The notes under the pieces were generated by a model. It did not search any database and was not told the DNA's origin. It worked only from the letters and a program-made list of their open reading frames with translations. 64,000 nt of DNA from assembly GCA_951406725.2 (NCBI GenBank), contig OX597829.1:56482001-56546000 (forward strand), in the 5' to 3' direction. The first letter of the stretch is position 1, and every line of letters begins with the position of its first letter. A program made the translations under genes and the position numbers. The DNA comes from Octopus vulgaris. Its lineage: Eukaryota. Positions 38,501-53,500 of the stretch are shown one piece after another.

Positions 38501-41500
38501 TTATAGTCTTACTTTATGCCTGCTCTCATGGGTTAGACTGCTCATTATAGTCTTATCCAGTCATCATTCACAGATAAACACCCTTTCACACAAGTTGGGG
38601 AGTCAAATCTTGTTTCAGTCTTTTGAGACTTAGTTTCTATGGCTGGATGTCTTTCCTATCACCAACTTTTGCAGTGCATGCATTTATTGAGGTACCAACA
38701 ATGGGGATCTTTTATATTCACAAGACAAGACTAAAGGATTTTTTCAAACCAACACTGTCTGCTTGTTTGCCGATCTCTTTGCAGGGTTTCTGGGTACATT
38801 TTATCATGGCACCAACACTAGTGAGGTTGCCTTGTGATCTGTAAGACAAAAGGATTGGCACTGCTCAATGTGGTTTCATTAAAAAATATCTCTTTTCCTT
38901 AAAGTTATGAGGGAAAACATTGGATCTTGTGAAAGTTCCAAAAGTCCTCTCTCCACCCCATGGTTTGTAGGCATAAATTTTTTGTTTTCCTATTCATCTA
39001 ATACGCATTTTTTTTTACACCCATTACACTTGATTTTGTTTTTGTTTTGATACATCTCTTATGAATCTGAAAAATTTCAACTATTCTTCACAAACATCTG
39101 ATGTCACTCCTCCCCATCTTTTTCCATTCTATATATTGGCTATGTTCATTTATGTATGTGTAGACTTCTGAAACAGCAGGCAAAAAAAATATCATGCTTT
39201 CACTAGAAAACTCGATATACTTGAACTAACAGCTAAATGCCAGAAAAATAAGTTTTTCCTCATATCACTTTTATTTTACTACTTGATCATAAGATCTATG
39301 AGAGATAAATGACATATTCATCTGCTAAAATCTTCAAAGTAATTCGATATGTTTGAAATAAGCGAGTTTATTTATTTTATCTAAGCTCGGGTTTATAAAT
39401 CCTCTTATCACAAATTACAAAATAAAAAAAGTTGATTTCAATTGGTGGAGTTATGATTTTGCCCATGTGTACACTTCACCTGACCTAGCTGACAAAAAAC
39501 CTATCACATCTCACTAAAAAATTAATACGTTTGAAATAACAGCTAAATGTCTGCTTTTCCTCATATCATTTTCATTTTACGACTCATAAGATTTATGAAA
39601 AATGAACGGCATAACTGCCTGCTAAAATCTTAAGAGTTATGAAAGATGAACGACGTAATCGCTTTGCCTGCTAAAATCCTAAGATTTATCACAAGATGAA
39701 TGATGTAATTGCCCGCTAAAATCCTAAGATTTATGAAAGATGAATGATGCAATTGCCTGCTTAAATCCTAAGATTTATGAAAGATGAATGAGTTGTTCCA
39801 TACATTGATTTCAAGGCAAGAAATTCTTCCTCAATGTTGAATTTTGCAGTTATTGCACATATAAATATTCTTTTCTACTCTAGGCACAAGGCCCAAAATT
39901 TTTAGTAAGGGGGCCAGTCGATTAGATTGACACCAGTATGCAACTGGTAATTAATTTATCGACCCCAAAAGGATGAAAGGCCAAGTTGACCTCGACGGAA
40001 TATGAACTCAGACAGACAAAATACCTATTTCTTTACTGCCCACAAGGGGCTACACACAGAGGGGAGTAACAAAGACAGACAAACGGATTAAGTCGATTAA
40101 ATTGACCCCAGTCGATAACTGATACTTATTTAATCGACCCCGAAAGGATGAAAGGCAAAGTCGACCTTGGCAGAATTTGAACTCAGAACGTAAAAGCAGA
40201 CAAAATACCTATTTCTATTTCTTTACTATCCACAAAGGGCTAAACATAGAGGGGACAAACAAGGACAGAGAAACGGATTAAGTTGATTATATCGACCCCA
40301 GTGCATAACTGGTACTTATTTAATCAACCCTGAAAGGATGAAAGGCCAAGTTGACCTTGGCGGAATTTGAACTCAGAACGTAATGGCAGGCAAAATACCT
40401 ATTTCGGATCTTTTCGCTTTGAACTTAGAATATGTGTTTATTAATAAAAGTTTAATAACGATAATCTTTTATTCATACGAACTTCACTGATACGAAATAT
40501 GTCATAAATAACAGTGACACATTGATATGACACCGCCAGAAAATGTTGACAGACTACGGCAGAAATTGTATTCACCTCAATAGACGTCGTTGATTGGTTG
40601 AAATTGCCGAAATGCAAGAAATTAAACAACAAATAGCTTACAAACTACAGAATTTTCTCAAGAAATCCAAGAGAAAAAGATGTTTTATGTAACACACTAG
40701 CAGTATACGAAGTTTAAAAGTGTTTAGTTAAAAAGAAATTATTTTAAAAATCTGCCGGTCAAAGTGAAAAGATCCCCTATTTCTTTACTACCCACAAGGG
40801 GCTAAACACAGAAGGGACAAACAAGGACAGACAGACAAACGGATTAAGCCGATTATATCGACCCCAGTCGATAACTGGTACTTATTTAATCGATCCCGAA
40901 AGGATGAAAGGCAAAGTCGACCTCGGCGGAATTTGAACTCAGAACGTAGCGGCAGACGAAATACCGCTGGACATTTCGCTCGTCGTGCTAACGATTCTGC
41001 CAAGCTCGCCGCCTTATTGCCTGTATAAATATTGTCATTTGAGCAATATTTGCTGACCAAGTATATCTCAGAAGAAAAGAACCCAAACTTCTTCGCCCAA
41101 TTAAGGTGAGAATATTTAACATTTAACTGTTGTTTCCATTATCAACATAATTCATTTATATTGTTAATTTTTCAGATTCCCCTTATCTGAAAATACTACA
41201 CCATTATTTAAAAGAACTGCCTATTTTATAATAAGTTTCAATCATAAAATTATGAAATAATCAATTTTAAACATGTCTAAGTTTAGTCATTCAGATGTCA
41301 ATGAATACTTAATGAAAAGAAATGCACACAAAATGCATGCAATAAATGCAATTCTTTTGCTCCCACACAGCCTGTACCCATTTTATTTTGCATTCTGTGA
41401 ATAATTGTGTCGTTGGTTGCAGGATGTTTACAATGAGCCTATTACTGGCTCATTAAAGGGCACTACCTTTATAGAGTTTCTGTAATGTTTGATCTATAAA

Positions 41501-44500
41501 ACAACTTTCAGCATACAGAACATGCATCAATCACAAAAGTTTGGTTCAATAAACATTCCCATTCATTTACATTGTTTTATGTCTGCTCTCATGGGTTAGA
41601 CTGCTCATTATAGTCTTACTTTATGCCTGCTCTCATGGGTTAGACTGCTCATTATAGTCTTACTTTATGCCTGCTCTCATGGGTTAGACTGCTCATTATA
41701 GTCTTACTTTATGCCTGCTCTCATGGGTTAGACTGCTCATTATAGTCTTACTTTATGCCTGCTCTCATGGGTTAGACTGCTCATTATAGTCTTACTTTAT
41801 GTCTGCTCTCATGGGTTAGACTGCTCATTATAGTCTTACTTTATGCCTGCTCTCATGGGTTAGACTGCTCATTATAGTCTTACTTTATGCCTGCTCTCAT
41901 GGGTTAAACTGCTCATTATAGTCTTACTTTATGCCTGCTCTCATGGGTTAGACTGCTCATTATAGTCTTACTTTATGCCTGCTCTCATGGGTTAGACTGC
42001 TCATTATAGTCTTACTTTATGCCTGCTCTCATGGGTTAGACTGCTCATTATAGTCTTACTTTATGCCTGCTCTCATGGGTTAGACTGCTCATTATAGTCT
42101 TACTTTATGCCTGCTCTCATGGGTTAGACTGCTCATTATAGTCTTACTTTATGCCTGCTCTCATGGGTTAGACTGCTCATTATAGTCTTACTTTATGCCT
42201 GCTCTCATGGGTTAGACTGCTCATTATAGTCTTACTTTATGCCTGCTCTCATGGGTTAGACTGCTCATTATAGTCTTATCCAGTCATCATTCACAGATAA
42301 ACACCCTTTCACACAAGTTGGGGAGTCAAATCTTGTTTCAGTCTTTTGAGACTTAGTTTCTATGGCTGGATGTCTTTCCTATCACCAACTTTTGCAGTGC
42401 ATGCATTTATTGAGGTACCAACAATGGGGATCTTTTATATTCACAAGACAAGACTAAAGGATTTTTCAAACCAACACTGTCTGCTTGTTTGCCGATCTCT
42501 TTGCAGGGTTTCTGGGTACATTTTATCATGGCACCAACACTAGTGAGGTTGCCTTGTGATCTGTAAGACAAAAGGATTGGCACTGCTCAATGTGGTTTCA
42601 TTAAAAAATATCTCTTTTCCTTAAAGTTATGAGGGAAAACATTGGATCTTGTGAAAGTTCCAAAAGTCCTCTCTCCACCCCATGGTTTGTAGGCATAAAT
42701 TTTTTGTTTTCCTATTCATCTAATACGCATTTTTTTTTACACCCATTACACTTGATTTTGTTTTTGTTTTGATACATCTCTTATGAATCTGAAAAATTTC
42801 AACTATTCTTCACAAACATCTGATGTCACTCCTCCCCATCTTTTTCCATTCTATATATTGGCTATGTTCATTTATGTATGTGTAGACTTCTGAAACAGCA
42901 GGCAAAAAAAATATCATGCTTTCACTAGAAAACTCGATATACTTGAACTAACAGCTAAATGCCAGAAAAATAAGTTTTTCCTCATATCACTTTTATTTTA
43001 CTACTTGATCATAAGATCTATGAGAGATAAATGACATATTCATCTGCTAAAATCTTCAAAGTAATTCGATATGTTTGAAATAAGCGAGTTTATTTATTTT
43101 ATCTAAGCTCGGGTTTATAAATCCTCTTATCACAAATTACAAAATAAAAAAAAGTTGATTTCAATTGGTGGAGTTATGATTTTGCCCATGTGTACACTTC
43201 ACCTGACCTAGCTGACAAAAAACCTATCACATCTCACTAAAAAATTAATACGTTTGAAATAACAGCTAAATGTCTGCTTTTCCTCATATCATTTTCATTT
43301 TACGACTCATAAGATTTATGAAAAATGAACGGCATAACTGCCTGCTAAAATCTTAAGAGTTATGAAAGATGAACGACGTAATCGCCTTGCCTGCTAAAAT
43401 CCTAAGATTTATCACAAGATGAATGATGTAATTGCCCGCTAAAATCCTAAGATTTATGAAAGATGAATGATGCAATTGCCTGCTTAAATCCTAAGATTTA
43501 TGAAAGATGAATGAGTTGTTCCATACATTGATTTCAAGGCAAGAAATTCTTCCTCAATGTTGAATTTTGCAGTTATTGCACATATAAATATTCTTTTCTA
43601 CTCTAGGCACAAGGCCCAAAATTTTTAGTAAGGGGGCCAGTCGATTAGATTGACACCAGTATGCAACTGGTAATTAATTTATCGACCCCAAAAGGATGAA
43701 AGGCCAAGTTGACCTCGACGGAATATGAACTCAGACAGACAAAATACCTATTTCTTTACTGCCCACAAGGGGCTACACACAGAGGGGAGTAACAAAGACA
43801 GACAAACGGATTAAGTCGATTAAATTGACCCCAGTCGATAACTGATACTTATTTAATCGACCCCGAAAGGATGAAAGGCAAAGTCGACCTTGGCAGAATT
43901 TGAACTCAGAACGTAAAAGCAGACAAAATACCTATTTCTATTTCTTTACTATCCACAAAGGGCTAAACATAGAGGGGACAAACAAGGACAGAGAAACGGA
44001 TTAAGTTGATTATATCGACCCCAGTGCATAACTGGTACTTATTTAATCAACCCTGAAAGGATGAAAGGCCAAGTTGACCTTGGCGGAATTTGAACTCAGA
44101 ACGTAATGGCAGGCAAAATACCTATTTCGGATCTTTTCGCTTTGAACTTAGAATATGTGTTTATTAATAAAAGTTTAATAACGATAATCTTTTATTCATA
44201 CGAACTTCACTGATACGAAATATGTCATAAATAACAGTGACACATTGATATGACACCGCCAGAAAATGTTGACAGACTACGGCAGAAATTGTATTCACCT
44301 CAATAGACGTCGTTGATTGGTTGAAATTGCCGAAATGCAAGAAATTAAACAACAAATAGCTTACAAACTACAGAATTTTCTCAAGAAATCCAAGAGAAAA
44401 AGATGTTTTATGTAACACACTAGCAGTATACGAAGTTTAAAAGTGTTTAGTTAAAAAGAAATTATTTTAAAAATCTGCCGGTCAAAGTGAAAAGATCCCC

Positions 44501-47500
44501 TATTTCTTTACTACCCACAAGGGGCTAAACACAGAAGGGACAAACAAGGACAGACAGACAAACGGATTAAGCCGATTATATCGACCCCAGTCGATAACTG
44601 GTACTTATTTAATCGATCCCGAAAGGATGAAAGGCAAAGTCGACCTCGGCGGAATTTGAACTCAGAACGTAGCGGCAGACGAAATACCGCTGGACATTTC
44701 GCTCGTCGTGCTAACGATTCTGCCAAGCTCGCCGCCTTATTGCCTGTATAAATATTGTCATTTGAGCAATATTTGCTGACCAAGTATATCTCAGAAGAAA
44801 AGAACCCAAACTTCTTCGCCCAATTAAGGTGAGAATATTTAACATTTAACTGTTGTTTCCATTATCAACATAATTCATTTATATTGTTAATTTTTCAGAT
44901 TCCCCTTATCTGAAAATACTACACCATTATTTAAAAGAACTGCCTATTTTATAATAAGTTTCAATCATAAAATTATGAAATAATCAATTTTAAACATGTC
45001 TAAGTTTAGTCATTCAGATGTCAATGAATACTTAATGAAAAGAAATGCACACAAAATGCATGCAATAAATGCAATTCTTTTGCTCCCACACAGCCTGTAC
45101 CCATTTTATTTTGCATTCTGTGAATAATTGTGTCGTTGGTTGCAGGATGTTTACAATGAGCCTATTACTGGCTCATTAAAGGGCACTACCTTTATAGAGT
45201 TTCTGTAATGTTTGATCTATAAAACAACTTTCAGCATACAGAACATGCATCAATCACAAAAGTTTGGTTCAATAAACATTCCCATTCATTTACATTGTTT
45301 TATGTCTGCTCTCATGGGTTAGACTGCTCATTATAGTCTTACTTTATGCCTGCTCTCATGGGTTAGACTGCTCATTATAGTCTTACTTTATGCCTGCTCT
45401 CATGGGTTAGACTGCTCATTATAGTCTTACTTTATGCCTGCTCTCATGGGTTAGACTGCTCATTATAGTCTTACTTTATGCCTGCTCTCATGGGTTAGAC
45501 TGCTCATTATAGTCTTACTTTATGTCTGCTCTCATGGGTTAGACTGCTCATTATAGTCTTACTTTATGCCTGCTCTCATGGGTTAGACTGCTCATTATAG
45601 TCTTACTTTATGCCTGCTCTCATGGGTTAAACTGCTCATTATAGTCTTACTTTATGCCTGCTCTCATGGGTTAGACTGCTCATTATAGTCTTACTTTATG
45701 CCTGCTCTCATGGGTTAGACTGCTCATTATAGTCTTACTTTATGCCTGCTCTCATGGGTTAGACTGCTCATTATAGTCTTACTTTATGCCTGCTCTCATG
45801 GGTTAGACTGCTCATTATAGTCTTACTTTATGCCTGCTCTCATGGGTTAGACTGCTCATTATAGTCTTACTTTATGCCTGCTCTCATGGGTTAGACTGCT
45901 CATTATAGTCTTACTTTATGCCTGCTCTCATGGGTTAGACTGCTCATTATAGTCTTACTTTATGCCTGCTCTCATGGGTTAGACTGCTCATTATAGTCTT
46001 ACTTTATGCCTGCTCTCATGGGTTAGACTGCTCATTATAGTCTTATCCAGTCATCATTCACAGATAAACACCCTTTCACACAAGTTGGGGAGTCAAATCT
46101 TGTTTCAGTCTTTTGAGACTTAGTTTCTATGGCTGGATGTCTTTCCTATCACCAACTTTTGCAGTGCATGCATTTATTGAGGTACCAACAATGGGGATCT
46201 TTTATATTCACAAGACAAGACTAAAGGATTTTTCAAACCAACACTGTCTGCTTGTTTGCCGATCTCTTTGCAGGGTTTCTGGGTACATTTTATCATGGCA
46301 CCAACACTAGTGAGGTTGCCTTGTGATCTGTAAGACAAAAGGATTGGCACTGCTCAATGTGGTTTCATTAAAAAATATCTCTTTTCCTTAAAGTTATGAG
46401 GGAAAACATTGGATCTTGTGAAAGTTCCAAAAGTCCTCTCTCCACCCCATGGTTTGTAGGCATAAATTTTTTGTTTTCCTATTCATCTAATACGCATTTT
46501 TTTTTACACCCATTACACTTGATTTTGTTTTTGTTTTGATACATCTCTTATGAATCTGAAAAATTTCAACTATTCTTCACAAACATCTGATGTCACTCCT
46601 CCCCATCTTTTTCCATTCTATATATTGGCTATGTTCATTTATGTATGTGTAGACTTCTGAAACAGCAGGCAAAAAAAATATCATGCTTTCACTAGAAAAC
46701 TCGATATACTTGAACTAACAGCTAAATGCCAGAAAAATAAGTTTTTCCTCATATCACTTTTATTTTACTACTTGATCATAAGATCTATGAGAGATAAATG
46801 ACATATTCATCTGCTAAAATCTTCAAAGTAATTCGATATGTTTGAAATAAGCGAGTTTATTTATTTTATCTAAGCTCGGGTTTATAAATCCTCTTATCAC
46901 AAATTACAAAATAAAAAAAAGTTGATTTCAATTGGTGGAGTTATGATTTTGCCCATGTGTACACTTCACCTGACCTAGCTGACAAAAAACCTATCACATC
47001 TCACTAAAAAATTAATACGTTTGAAATAACAGCTAAATGTCTGCTTTTCCTCATATCATTTTCATTTTACGACTCATAAGATTTATGAAAAATGAACGGC
47101 ATAACTGCCTGCTAAAATCTTAAGAGTTATGAAAGATGAACGACGTAATCGCCTTGCCTGCTAAAATCCTAAGATTTATCACAAGATGAATGATGTAATT
47201 GCCCGCTAAAATCCTAAGATTTATGAAAGATGAATGATGCAATTGCCTGCTTAAATCCTAAGATTTATGAAAGATGAATGAGTTGTTCCATACATTGATT
47301 TCAAGGCAAGAAATTCTTCCTCAATGTTGAATTTTGCAGTTATTGCACATATAAATATTCTTTTCTACTCTAGGCACAAGGCCCAAAATTTTTAGTAAGG
47401 GGGCCAGTCGATTAGATTGACACCAGTATGCAACTGGTAATTAATTTATCGACCCCAAAAGGATGAAAGGCCAAGTTGACCTCGACGGAATATGAACTCA

Positions 47501-50500
47501 GACAGACAAAATACCTATTTCTTTACTGCCCACAAGGGGCTACACACAGAGGGGAGTAACAAAGACAGACAAACGGATTAAGTCGATTAAATTGACCCCA
47601 GTCGATAACTGATACTTATTTAATCGACCCCGAAAGGATGAAAGGCAAAGTCGACCTTGGCAGAATTTGAACTCAGAACGTAAAAGCAGACAAAATACCT
47701 ATTTCTATTTCTTTACTATCCACAAAGGGCTAAACATAGAGGGGACAAACAAGGACAGAGAAACGGATTAAGTTGATTATATCGACCCCAGTGCATAACT
47801 GGTACTTATTTAATCAACCCTGAAAGGATGAAAGGCCAAGTTGACCTTGGCGGAATTTGAACTCAGAACGTAATGGCAGGCAAAATACCTATTTCGGATC
47901 TTTTCGCTTTGAACTTAGAATATGTGTTTATTAATAAAAGTTTAATAACGATAATCTTTTATTCATACGAACTTCACTGATACGAAATATGTCATAAATA
48001 ACAGTGACACATTGATATGACACCGCCAGAAAATGTTGACAGACTACGGCAGAAATTGTATTCACCTCAATAGACGTCGTTGATTGGTTGAAATTGCCGA
48101 AATGCAAGAAATTAAACAACAAATAGCTTACAAACTACAGAATTTTCTCAAGAAATCCAAGAGAAAAAGATGTTTTATGTAACACACTAGCAGTATACGA
48201 AGTTTAAAAGTGTTTAGTTAAAAAGAAATTATTTTAAAAATCTGCCGGTCAAAGTGAAAAGATCCCCTATTTCTTTACTACCCACAAGGGGCTAAACACA
48301 GAAGGGACAAACAAGGACAGACAGACAAACGGATTAAGCCGATTATATCGACCCCAGTCGATAACTGGTACTTATTTAATCGATCCCGAAAGGATGAAAG
48401 GCAAAGTCGACCTCGGCGGAATTTGAACTCAGAACGTAGCGGCAGACGAAATACCGCTGGACATTTCGCTCGTCGTGCTAACGATTCTGCCAAGCTCGCC
48501 GCCTTATTGCCTGTATAAATATTGTCATTTGAGCAATATTTGCTGACCAAGTATATCTCAGAAGAAAAGAACCCAAACTTCTTCGCCCAATTAAGGTGAG
48601 AATATTTAACATTTAACTGTTGTTTCCATTATCAACATAATTCATTTATATTGTTAATTTTTCAGATTCCCCTTATCTGAAAATACTACACCATTATTTA
48701 AAAGAACTGCCTATTTTATAATAAGTTTCAATCATAAAATTATGAAATAATCAATTTTAAACATGTCTAAGTTTAGTCATTCAGATGTCAATGAATACTT
48801 AATGAAAAGAAATGCACACAAAATGCATGCAATAAATGCAATTCTTTTGCTCCCACACAGCCTGTACCCATTTTATTTTGCATTCTGTGAATAATTGTGT
48901 CGTTGGTTGCAGGATGTTTACAATGAGCCTATTACTGGCTCATTAAAGGGCACTACCTTTATAGAGTTTCTGTAATGTTTGATCTATAAAACAACTTTCA
49001 GCATACAGAACATGCATCAATCACAAAAGTTTGGTTCAATAAACATTCCCATTCATTTACATTGTTTTATGTCTGCTCTCATGGGTTAGACTGCTCATTA
49101 TAGTCTTACTTTATGCCTGCTCTCATGGGTTAGACTGCTCATTATAGTCTTACTTTATGCCTGCTCTCATGGGTTAGACTGCTCATTATAGTCTTACTTT
49201 ATGCCTGCTCTCATGGGTTAGACTGCTCATTATAGTCTTACTTTATGCCTGCTCTCATGGGTTAGACTGCTCATTATAGTCTTACTTTATGTCTGCTCTC
49301 ATGGGTTAGACTGCTCATTATAGTCTTACTTTATGCCTGCTCTCATGGGTTAGACTGCTCATTATAGTCTTACTTTATGCCTGCTCTCATGGGTTAAACT
49401 GCTCATTATAGTCTTACTTTATGCCTGCTCTCATGGGTTAGACTGCTCATTATAGTCTTACTTTATGCCTGCTCTCATGGGTTAGACTGCTCATTATAGT
49501 CTTACTTTATGCCTGCTCTCATGGGTTAGACTGCTCATTATAGTCTTACTTTATGCCTGCTCTCATGGGTTAGACTGCTCATTATAGTCTTACTTTATGC
49601 CTGCTCTCATGGGTTAGACTGCTCATTATAGTCTTACTTTATGCCTGCTCTCATGGGTTAGACTGCTCATTATAGTCTTACTTTATGCCTGCTCTCATGG
49701 GTTAGACTGCTCATTATTATAGTCTTATCCAGTCATCATTCACAGATAAACACCCTTTCACACAAGTTGGGGAGTCAAATCTTGTTTCAGTCTTTTGAGA
49801 CTTAGTTTCTATGGCTGGATGTCTTTCCTATCACCAACTTTTGCAGTGCATGCATTTATTGAGGTACCAACAATGGGGATCTTTTATATTCACAAGACAA
49901 GACTAAAGGATTTTTTCAAACCAACACTGTCTGCTTGTTTGCCGATCTCTTTGCAGGGTTTCTGGGTACATTTTATCATGGCACCAACACTAGTGAGGTT
50001 GCCTTGTGATCTGTAAGACAAAAGGATTGGCACTGCTCAATGTGGTTTCATTAAAAAATATCTCTTTTCCTTAAAGTTATGAGGGAAAACATTGGATCTT
50101 GTGAAAGTTCCAAAAGTCCTCTCTCCACCCCATGGTTTGTAGGCATAAATTTTTTGTTTTCCTATTCATCTAATACGCATTTTTTTTTACACCCATTACA
50201 CTTGATTTTGTTTTTGTTTTGATACATCTCTTATGAATCTGAAAAATTTCAACTATTCTTCACAAACATCTGATGTCACTCCTCCCCATCTTTTTCCATT
50301 CTATATATTGGCTATGTTCATTTATGTATGTGTAGACTTCTGAAACAGCAGGCAAAAAAAATATCATGCTTTCACTAGAAAACTCGATATACTTGAACTA
50401 ACAGCTAAATGCCAGAAAAATAAGTTTTTCCTCATATCACTTTTATTTTACTACTTGATCATAAGATCTATGAGAGATAAATGACATATTCATCTGCTAA

Positions 50501-53500
50501 AATCTTCAAAGTAATTCGATATGTTTGAAATAAGCGAGTTTATTTATTTTATCTAAGCTCGGGTTTATAAATCCTCTTATCACAAATTACAAAATAAAAA
50601 AAAGTTGATTTCAATTGGTGGAGTTATGATTTTGCCCATGTGTACACTTCACCTGACCTAGCTGACAAAAAACCTATCACATCTCACTAAAAAATTAATA
50701 CGTTTGAAATAACAGCTAAATGTCTGCTTTTCCTCATATCATTTTCATTTTACGACTCATAAGATTTATGGAAAATGAACGGCATAACTGCCTGCTAAAA
50801 TCTTAAGAGTTATGAAAGATGAACGACGTAATCGCCTTGCCTGCTAAAATCCTAAGATTTATCACAAGATGAATGATGTAATTGCCCGCTAAAATCCTAA
50901 GATTTATGAAAGATGAATGATGCAATTGCCTGCTTAAATCCTAAGATTTATGAAAGATGAATGAGTTGTTCCATACATTGATTTCAAGGCAAGAAATTCT
51001 TCCTCAATGTTGAATTTTGCAGTTATTGCACATATAAATATTCTTTTCTACTCTAGGCACAAGGCCCAAAATTTTTAGTAAGGGGGCCAGTCGATTAGAT
51101 TGACACCAGTATGCAACTGGTAATTAATTTATCGACCCCAAAAGGATGAAAGGCCAAGTTGACCTCGACGGAATATGAACTCAGACAGACAAAATACCTA
51201 TTTCTTTACTGCCCACAAGGGGCTACACACAGAGGGGAGTAACAAAGACAGACAAACGGATTAAGTCGATTAAATTGACCCCAGTCGATAACTGATACTT
51301 ATTTAATCGACCCCGAAAGGATGAAAGGCAAAGTCGACCTTGGCAGAATTTGAACTCAGAACGTAAAAGCAGACAAAATACCTATTTCTATTTCTTTACT
51401 ATCCACAAAGGGCTAAACATAGAGGGGACAAACAAGGACAGAGAAACGGATTAAGTTGATTATATCGACCCCAGTGCATAACTGGTACTTATTTAATCAA
51501 CCCTGAAAGGATGAAAGGCCAAGTTGACCTTGGCGGAATTTGAACTCAGAACGTAATGGCAGGCAAAATACCTATTTCGGATCTTTTCGCTTTGAACTTA
51601 GAATATGTGTTTATTAATAAAAGTTTAATAACGATAATCTTTTATTCATACGAACTTCACTGATACGAAATATGTCATAAATAACAGTGACACATTGATA
51701 TGACACCGCCAGAAAATGTTGACAGACTACGGCAGAAATTGTATTCACCTCAATAGACGTCGTTGATTGGTTGAAATTGCCGAAATGCAAGAAATTAAAC
51801 AACAAATAGCTTACAAACTACAGAATTTTCTCAAGAAATCCAAGAGAAAAAGATGTTTTATGTAACACACTAGCAGTATACGAAGTTTAAAAGTGTTTAG
51901 TTAAAAAGAAATTATTTTAAAAATCTGCCGGTCAAAGTGAAAAGATCCCCTATTTCTTTACTACCCACAAGGGGCTAAACACAGAAGGGACAAACAAGGA
52001 CAGACAGACAAACGGATTAAGCCGATTATATCGACCCCAGTCGATAACTGGTACTTATTTAATCGATCCCGAAAGGATGAAAGGCAAAGTCGACCACGGC
52101 GGAATTTGAACTCAGAACGTAGCGGCAGACGAAATACCGCTGGACATTTCGCTCGTCGTGCTAACGATTCTGCCAAGCTCGCCGCCTTATTGCCTGTATA
52201 AATATTGTCATTTGAGCAATATTTGCTGACCAAGTATATCTCAGAAGAAAAGAACCCAAACTTCTTCGCCCAATTAAGGTGAGAATATTTAACATTTAAC
52301 TGTTGTTTCCATTATCAACATAATTCATTTATATTGTTAATTTTTCAGATTCCCCTTATCTGAAAATACTACACCATTATTTAAAAGAACTGCCTATTTT
52401 ATAATAAGTTTCAATCATAAAATTATGAAATAATCAATTTTAAACATGTCTAAGTTTAGTCATTCAGATGTCAATGAATACTTAATGAAAAGAAATGCAC
52501 ACAAAATGCATGCAATAAATGCAATTCTTTTGCTCCCACACAGCCTGTACCCATTTTATTTTGCATTCTGTGAATAATTGTGTCGTTGGTTGCAGGATGT
52601 TTACAATGAGCCTATTACTGGCTCATTAAAGGGCACTACCTTTATAGAGTTTCTGTAATGTTTGATCTATAAAACAACTTTCAGCATACAGAACATGCAT
52701 CAATCACAAAAGTTTGGTTCAATAAACATTCCCATTCATTTACATTGTTTTATGTCTGCTCTCATGGGTTAGACTGCTCATTATAGTCTTACTTTATGCC
52801 TGCTCTCATGGGTTAGACTGCTCATTATAGTCTTACTTTATGCCTGCTCTCATGGGTTAGACTGCTCATTATAGTCTTACTTTATGCCTGCTCTCATGGG
52901 TTAGACTGCTCATTATAGTCTTACTTTATCTTTATGCCTGCTCTCATGGGTTAGACTGCTCATTATAGTCTTACTTTATGCCTGCTCTCATGGGTTAGAC
53001 TGCTCATTATAGTCTTACTTTATGCCTGCTCTCATGGGTTAAACTGCTCATTATAGTCTTACTTTATGCCTGCTCTCATGGGTTAGACTGCTCATTATAG
53101 TCTTACTTTATGCCTGCTCTCATGGGTTAGACTGCTCATTATAGTCTTACTTTATGCCTGCTCTCATGGGTTAGACTGCTCATTATAGTCTTACTTTATG
53201 CCTGCTCTCATGGGTTAGACTGCTCATTATAGTCTTACTTTATGCCTGCTCTCATGGGTTAGACTGCTCATTATAGTCTTACTTTATGCCTGCTCTCATG
53301 GGTTAGACTGCTCATTATAGTCTTACTTTATGCCTGCTCTCATGGGTTAGACTGCTCATTATAGTCTTACTTTATGCCTGCTCTCATGGGTTAGACTGCT
53401 CATTATAGTCTTACTTTATGCCTGCTCTCATGGGTTAGACTGCTCATTATAGTCTTATCCAGTCATCATTCACAGATAAACACCCTTTCACACAAGTTGG

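Noticed and set aside
22293-52278. Array of mutually exclusive alternative exons (Dscam/protocadherin-like)
   Set aside because: Copies are identical partial exons with no in-frame acceptor and an upstream in-frame TGA, so they offer no coding diversity.
19364-53458. 44-bp arrays as CRISPR-like arrays
   Set aside because: Repeats are contiguous with no unique spacers, there are no cas genes, and the context is a eukaryotic intron.
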